A DNA stretch of 10,781 nucleotides from Promethearchaeota archaeon (GTDB taxonomy: Archaea > Asgardarchaeota > Thorarchaeia > Thorarchaeales > Thorarchaeaceae). A model generated the notes under the pieces. The model made no database searches. It saw only the letters and a program-made list of their open reading frames with translations, and was not told the origin of the DNA. This document shows, piece by piece, positions 8,901-10,781 of this stretch. The stretch covers positions 1 through 10,781 of the forward strand of contig JALVPN010000166.1 of the NCBI GenBank assembly GCA_027031765.1, given 5' to 3'. Position 1 is the first letter of the stretch. Every line of letters begins with the position of its first letter. Both the position numbers and the translations under genes were made by a program.

Positions 8901-9610
8901 CGCTCTTCTACAGGACGGGCGGTGCTGCCTGGCATCAGGTCGGGATGACCTATGGAGGTGACACATGCCTGGGACAGATCCCTGCTCAGCCGTGGGGTGC
9001 AACCGTTGACTTCTACGTCTTCGTCGCGGACATGTACGACAACAATGCCACTCTGGGCTCAGCAGCAGCACCGTTCAACTACACCGTGGGTGACACCAGA
9101 CCTCCGCTGCTGGCATTCATCGGGCCGGTCACCGGTTCCACGGTACGTGGCAACGTGACACTTGCAGCCTCTGCCCAAGACGCAGGGAGCGGTGTGACGC
9201 ACATCACGATAGAGTTGAACGGCACCGTGGTCGCATCCGGCAGCAGCGAGTGCAGTTTCCTATGGGTCACCACGGACCACGAGAACGGGCACTATGTTGT
9301 CACTGTGACGGCCACGGACGGGGCTGGCAACTCTGTCAGCCAGCAGATCGTGTACGAAGTGCACAACCCTGTTGGGATTGAGGGTGTGATGGAGGGCCTT
9401 AGCACTGTACTACAACAGTACGGCTTCCTCATAGGTGCAGGCGGCACACTGGTGGCCCTTGTCGTGGGACGGGCACTCATCAGACGGAGAGCCGCAGTTG
9501 AGGCTGCTGGGGCCGCCGCACCAGCCAGTGAGGGAGGGGCCCCGTCAAAGGACGCGAAGACGAGTAGCAGTGGCCCCAAGGCCAAGAAGGGCGGTAAGAA
9601 AGAGGAATAG
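5981..9610 (+). CDS. Large cell-surface glycoprotein B, paralog of A: 3 CBM4/9-like domains, 5 Ig-like modules, TM anchor, Lys-rich tail
   Basis: Start reassigned from 5933 to ATG 5981 (SD, ATGA overlap, signal peptide MRRSRIMRPGMWAWLLLLLGLVMLMG); 1209 aa. Heads start NVLYNPSFE, NYVANHDFE and YPTYDPGFD. TM YGFLIGAGGTLVALVVGRALI, then RRR and a tail ending KAKKGGKKEE. About 25 sequons. Confidence 0.93.
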   Translation: MRRSRIMRPGMWAWLLLLLGLVMLMGQPVATDGISPADSGTRDSSQRVQPTPIVKGDNVLSDTGETPVRRNVLYNPSFEMGGMRDIPSGWSAYGTVLLRTNASYGKDSVSGTHCGRAYVGGTYQWSGTSTLWQGLSDRPWLNESVTFAVAVKPISADFSRDSCLSVGVVVYSYQDSAAYELRYQVFRGASPWSNQTRMKYVLVNKTQGVWSVVTRNVTRDFQSEFGLDPSQTQVTRVYAMGLSLGGSTVPSELHVDDVNLLNRTAYNYVANHDFEGSGSWGTDSPQSPAIIDRQDDTVTHGRWAVNMTTHNLNASDSSSVSLNKYFSYPWGPFCTGPNTLVLSLDWMYCPTLVGPGDWAYISVSMRNSTHFLTVRWTFGSGGGDVYGSNSTTSLALPAEHFGTVNTWVHFEVDLYEVFQAFTSGPLNLRAIYLQMYDATGNESKQCLLVDNVALVTYPTYDPGFDVQMEPTSSYPTGSWYSYDPPSEANLTSDAHTGPTAARTTASPNSMAYMVAYTWVELTDDLWTDMWAKVDRVVGSDWSARIVLALNNTWNIHYVINASGTPLVNGTWDKYLLPDESPAVGEWVNIVRAPLEDARAALGPGNYFLSSVMLYLRTGSSTEVSVIWDDINLVTDTHPPEVADIATDPSNPVYDSDVEVSAIVSDNIDLETAELHYRVDGGTYVVVPLRPLGGRHRATIPGAPWGTVVEYYITATDHSGHVTTADDGGSPFTYTVGDTQVPFVAVVTPSDGAVVRDTVTVDVLVHDHSENASGIDRVELHIGGEVVATSNAPPYQLVWDSREVDNGTYDAEVWAFDNAGNHNVTSVTIALDNDFDPPVLRLLEVSPARPMPNGTLQLLVAATDRTGVDRVVVYYSTGGPVWHGLLMDADMGVYNATVPIPSDKTGTLQYYVVAVDSYGQSSSIGNTLSPMTVDWGDTSPPEVLGMAINPVAPEYDTPVTVVVTVRDESPVANATLFYRTGGAAWHQVGMTYGGDTCLGQIPAQPWGATVDFYVFVADMYDNNATLGSAAAPFNYTVGDTRPPLLAFIGPVTGSTVRGNVTLAASAQDAGSGVTHITIELNGTVVASGSSECSFLWVTTDHENGHYVVTVTATDGAGNSVSQQIVYEVHNPVGIEGVMEGLSTVLQQYGFLIGAGGTLVALVVGRALIRRRAAVEAAGAAAPASEGGAPSKDAKTSSSGPKAKKGGKKEE
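6191..7882 (+). repeat. Three tandem CBM4/9-like head domains of protein B
   Basis: Repeats start near 6191, 6779 and 7349, and end LHVDDVNL, LLVDNVAL and VIWDDINL; same motif order as in A. Confidence 0.65.
7883..9370 (+). repeat. Ig-like stalk of protein B, order X-Y-X-X-Y
   Basis: Modules start at 7883, 8189, 8477, 8786 and 9092. Lengths are 306/288/309/306/273 nt versus 309/279/309/306/273 nt in A. Confidence 0.8.
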
Positions 9611-9636
9611 TGGACGGTGGCTGACACCGCTCCACT
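9609..9636 (+). terminator. Hairpin overlapping the stop codon of gene B
   Basis: AGTGGACGGTG-GCTGA-CACCG(C)TCCACT: 11-bp stem with one bulged C. No U-tract follows. Confidence 0.35.
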
Positions 9637-9832
9637 CCTGGCCCTGTTGATAGAGCCCATGTGAGTCGGTGCCATGCTGGTGCTATCGCACCTCCTAGGG
9701 CACCCTTACTGTAGGCACCAGCCATCTACGACAGGACTAGCGGCCAACTGGGAACGGCCCGCGACGTACGACCTGCTGCTGAGGATGCTGCTGGCGGTTT
9801 CCCGGCGCGTCCAAGTATGTCACGTGGGTGGG

Positions 9833-9974
9833 CCACCTAGACTGTGGTGCCGCTCACGTACACCTCAGTGGATGTCAGGGCAAGCAGGTGCGTAGGCTGG
9901 ACCACCTAGACTGTGGTGCCGCTCACGTACACCTCAGTGGATGTCAGGGCAAGCAGGTGCGTAGGCTGGACCAC
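9833..9974. repeat. Perfect 69-bp tandem duplication (2 copies plus CCAC)
   Basis: CCACCTAGACTGTGGTGCCGCTCACGTACACCTCAGTGGATGTCAGGGCAAGCAGGTGCGTAGGCTGGA at 9833-9901 and 9902-9970, followed by CCAC 9971-9974. Confidence 0.95.
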
Positions 9975-10136
9975 ACCCCTTGGCCACGCATAGTACTCTC
10001 GCCCCATCATGGGACTGGAGTATGGAGGAGCGGAAGGCCGCGGACGGTGTGACATCTCTCGAAAACCAAGAAGGGCCCACAGTGGGCACCCCAGTACCGC
10101 AGGGGCACCCGGTGGCAGCGGTCAGCGTGTCCGTGG

Positions 10137-10646
10137 TCATGTGTAGTACGCGGGCCCGCCAGTGTCCGGCTCCGGCATCTTGCCCACTGTCTGCCCGGTG
10201 ACCTCGTTGATGACCATGATTATCATGTCTATTGCGGAGTGGAGGCGTCGCATCGTCTGCCAGAGCCTGTCCTCTGAAAAGGCATCGTCGTAGATCCGTT
10301 CGGAGACCACAAAACCCGGGCCGGGTGGTTTTGGGCCGGGCTGTCCTGGCCGCGGCTGGATGAAGCCGAGGTTGAAGTCGCGCCCAAAACTGAACTTGAG
10401 CGAGCGGAGCTGGAACTCACGCATCTTCTCAGCGGTCAGGGCCTTGAGGTGCTGTGGTGAGATGAGCACCTGGCTCTCGACGAGGACGTACTTCTGGTCG
10501 TTGGGACGGACGACTGTGAAGAAGAACCTCATGAACTTGACCTTGAACACGAACTCCGCACGTGGGTTCGATATCGACTCGACCTTGACCCCCTCACGCG
10601 AGAACCACTCGCGGACTGCTTCCTTGATCTCTTCTGGGCTCAGCAT
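10137..10646 (-). CDS. DUF2299-like conserved archaeal protein
   Basis: N-terminal EEIKEAVREWFSREG.KV and C-terminal SERIYDDAFSEDRLWQTMRRL match my recollection of the DUF2299 family. Start ATG 10646 has GGTGGAG/GGAG 9 nt upstream; ATG 10664 and GTG 10667 are in-frame alternatives. Ends ...EPDTGGPAYYT. Confidence 0.75.
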   Translation of the reverse strand: MLSPEEIKEAVREWFSREGVKVESISNPRAEFVFKVKFMRFFFTVVRPNDQKYVLVESQVLISPQHLKALTAEKMREFQLRSLKFSFGRDFNLGFIQPRPGQPGPKPPGPGFVVSERIYDDAFSEDRLWQTMRRLHSAIDMIIMVINEVTGQTVGKMPEPDTGGPAYYT

Positions 10647-10675
10647 AGTATAGGACTCCACCATCACTCACGGTC

Positions 10676-10688
10676 AAGTGAGTCACTT
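10676..10688. promoter_or_regulatory. Palindrome AAGTGA-G-TCACTT upstream of the DUF2299-like gene, candidate operator
   Basis: Perfect 6-bp arms with a 1-nt spacer, overlapping a TTAA (10687-10690) that lies about 25 nt upstream of ATG 10664. Confidence 0.35.
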
Positions 10689-10781
10689 AATCGTTGTGCT
10701 GTGGGGGGCGTGAGTGGGGGCCGCCCCGCCTATACGGCACGTCACTGTCATGCGTACTTGCGGCATTGAAACAGGCAGCGG

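Noticed and set aside
2424-9610. Glycoside hydrolase or protease annotation for A/B
   Set aside because: All the length is accounted for by ~190-aa heads and ~90-100-aa Ig-like modules; there is no catalytic-domain-sized segment or catalytic motif.
2470-9725. Many short ORFs nested in or antisense to A and B
   Set aside because: Expected by-products of GC-rich codon usage; Arg/Pro/Cys-rich with no motifs.
9833-9974. CRISPR array or IS end
   Set aside because: The copies are directly adjacent with no spacer, the unit is too long, and there are no cas genes, transposase or terminal inverted repeats.
9674-10201. Small ORFs 9674..9895, 9828..10052 and 9980..10201 as genes
   Set aside because: No convincing SD or promoter and no family motifs; they overlap each other and the convergent DUF2299-like gene.
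10679-10685. TGAGTCA as a eukaryotic AP-1/GCN4 site
   Set aside because: A 7-mer match is expected by chance and there is no evidence of a bZIP factor; kept only as part of a generic palindrome.

Overview
A GC-rich (about 60% by eye), archaeal-looking window dominated by exported or membrane-anchored proteins. From left to right it holds six genes. (1) The 5' end of a signal-peptide protein running off the left edge (minus strand, missing from the ORF track). (2) A carbon-nitrogen hydrolase (nitrilase superfamily, intact E-K-C triad). (3) A 5'-truncated, membrane-anchored protein with acidic Ca-binding (DxDxDG, TSP3-like) repeats, split by a frameshift exactly at a G10 run. (4, 5) Two tandem paralogous ~1200-aa type-I membrane proteins that overlap by ATGA and share one architecture: signal peptide, 3 CBM4/9-like heads, 5 Ig-like modules in the order X-Y-X-X-Y, amphipathic helix, TM helix, basic tail; each has about 25-27 N-glycosylation sequons. 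(6) A DUF2299-like gene ending in an HbYX-type motif (YYT); a perfect 69-bp tandem duplication lies just before it. Archaeal origin is inferred from the DUF2299-like gene, sequon enrichment and TATA-like boxes. An Asgard (Thorarchaeia-like) host is a recollection-based guess that cannot be verified here. No rRNA, tRNA, CRISPR array or mobile element is supported.
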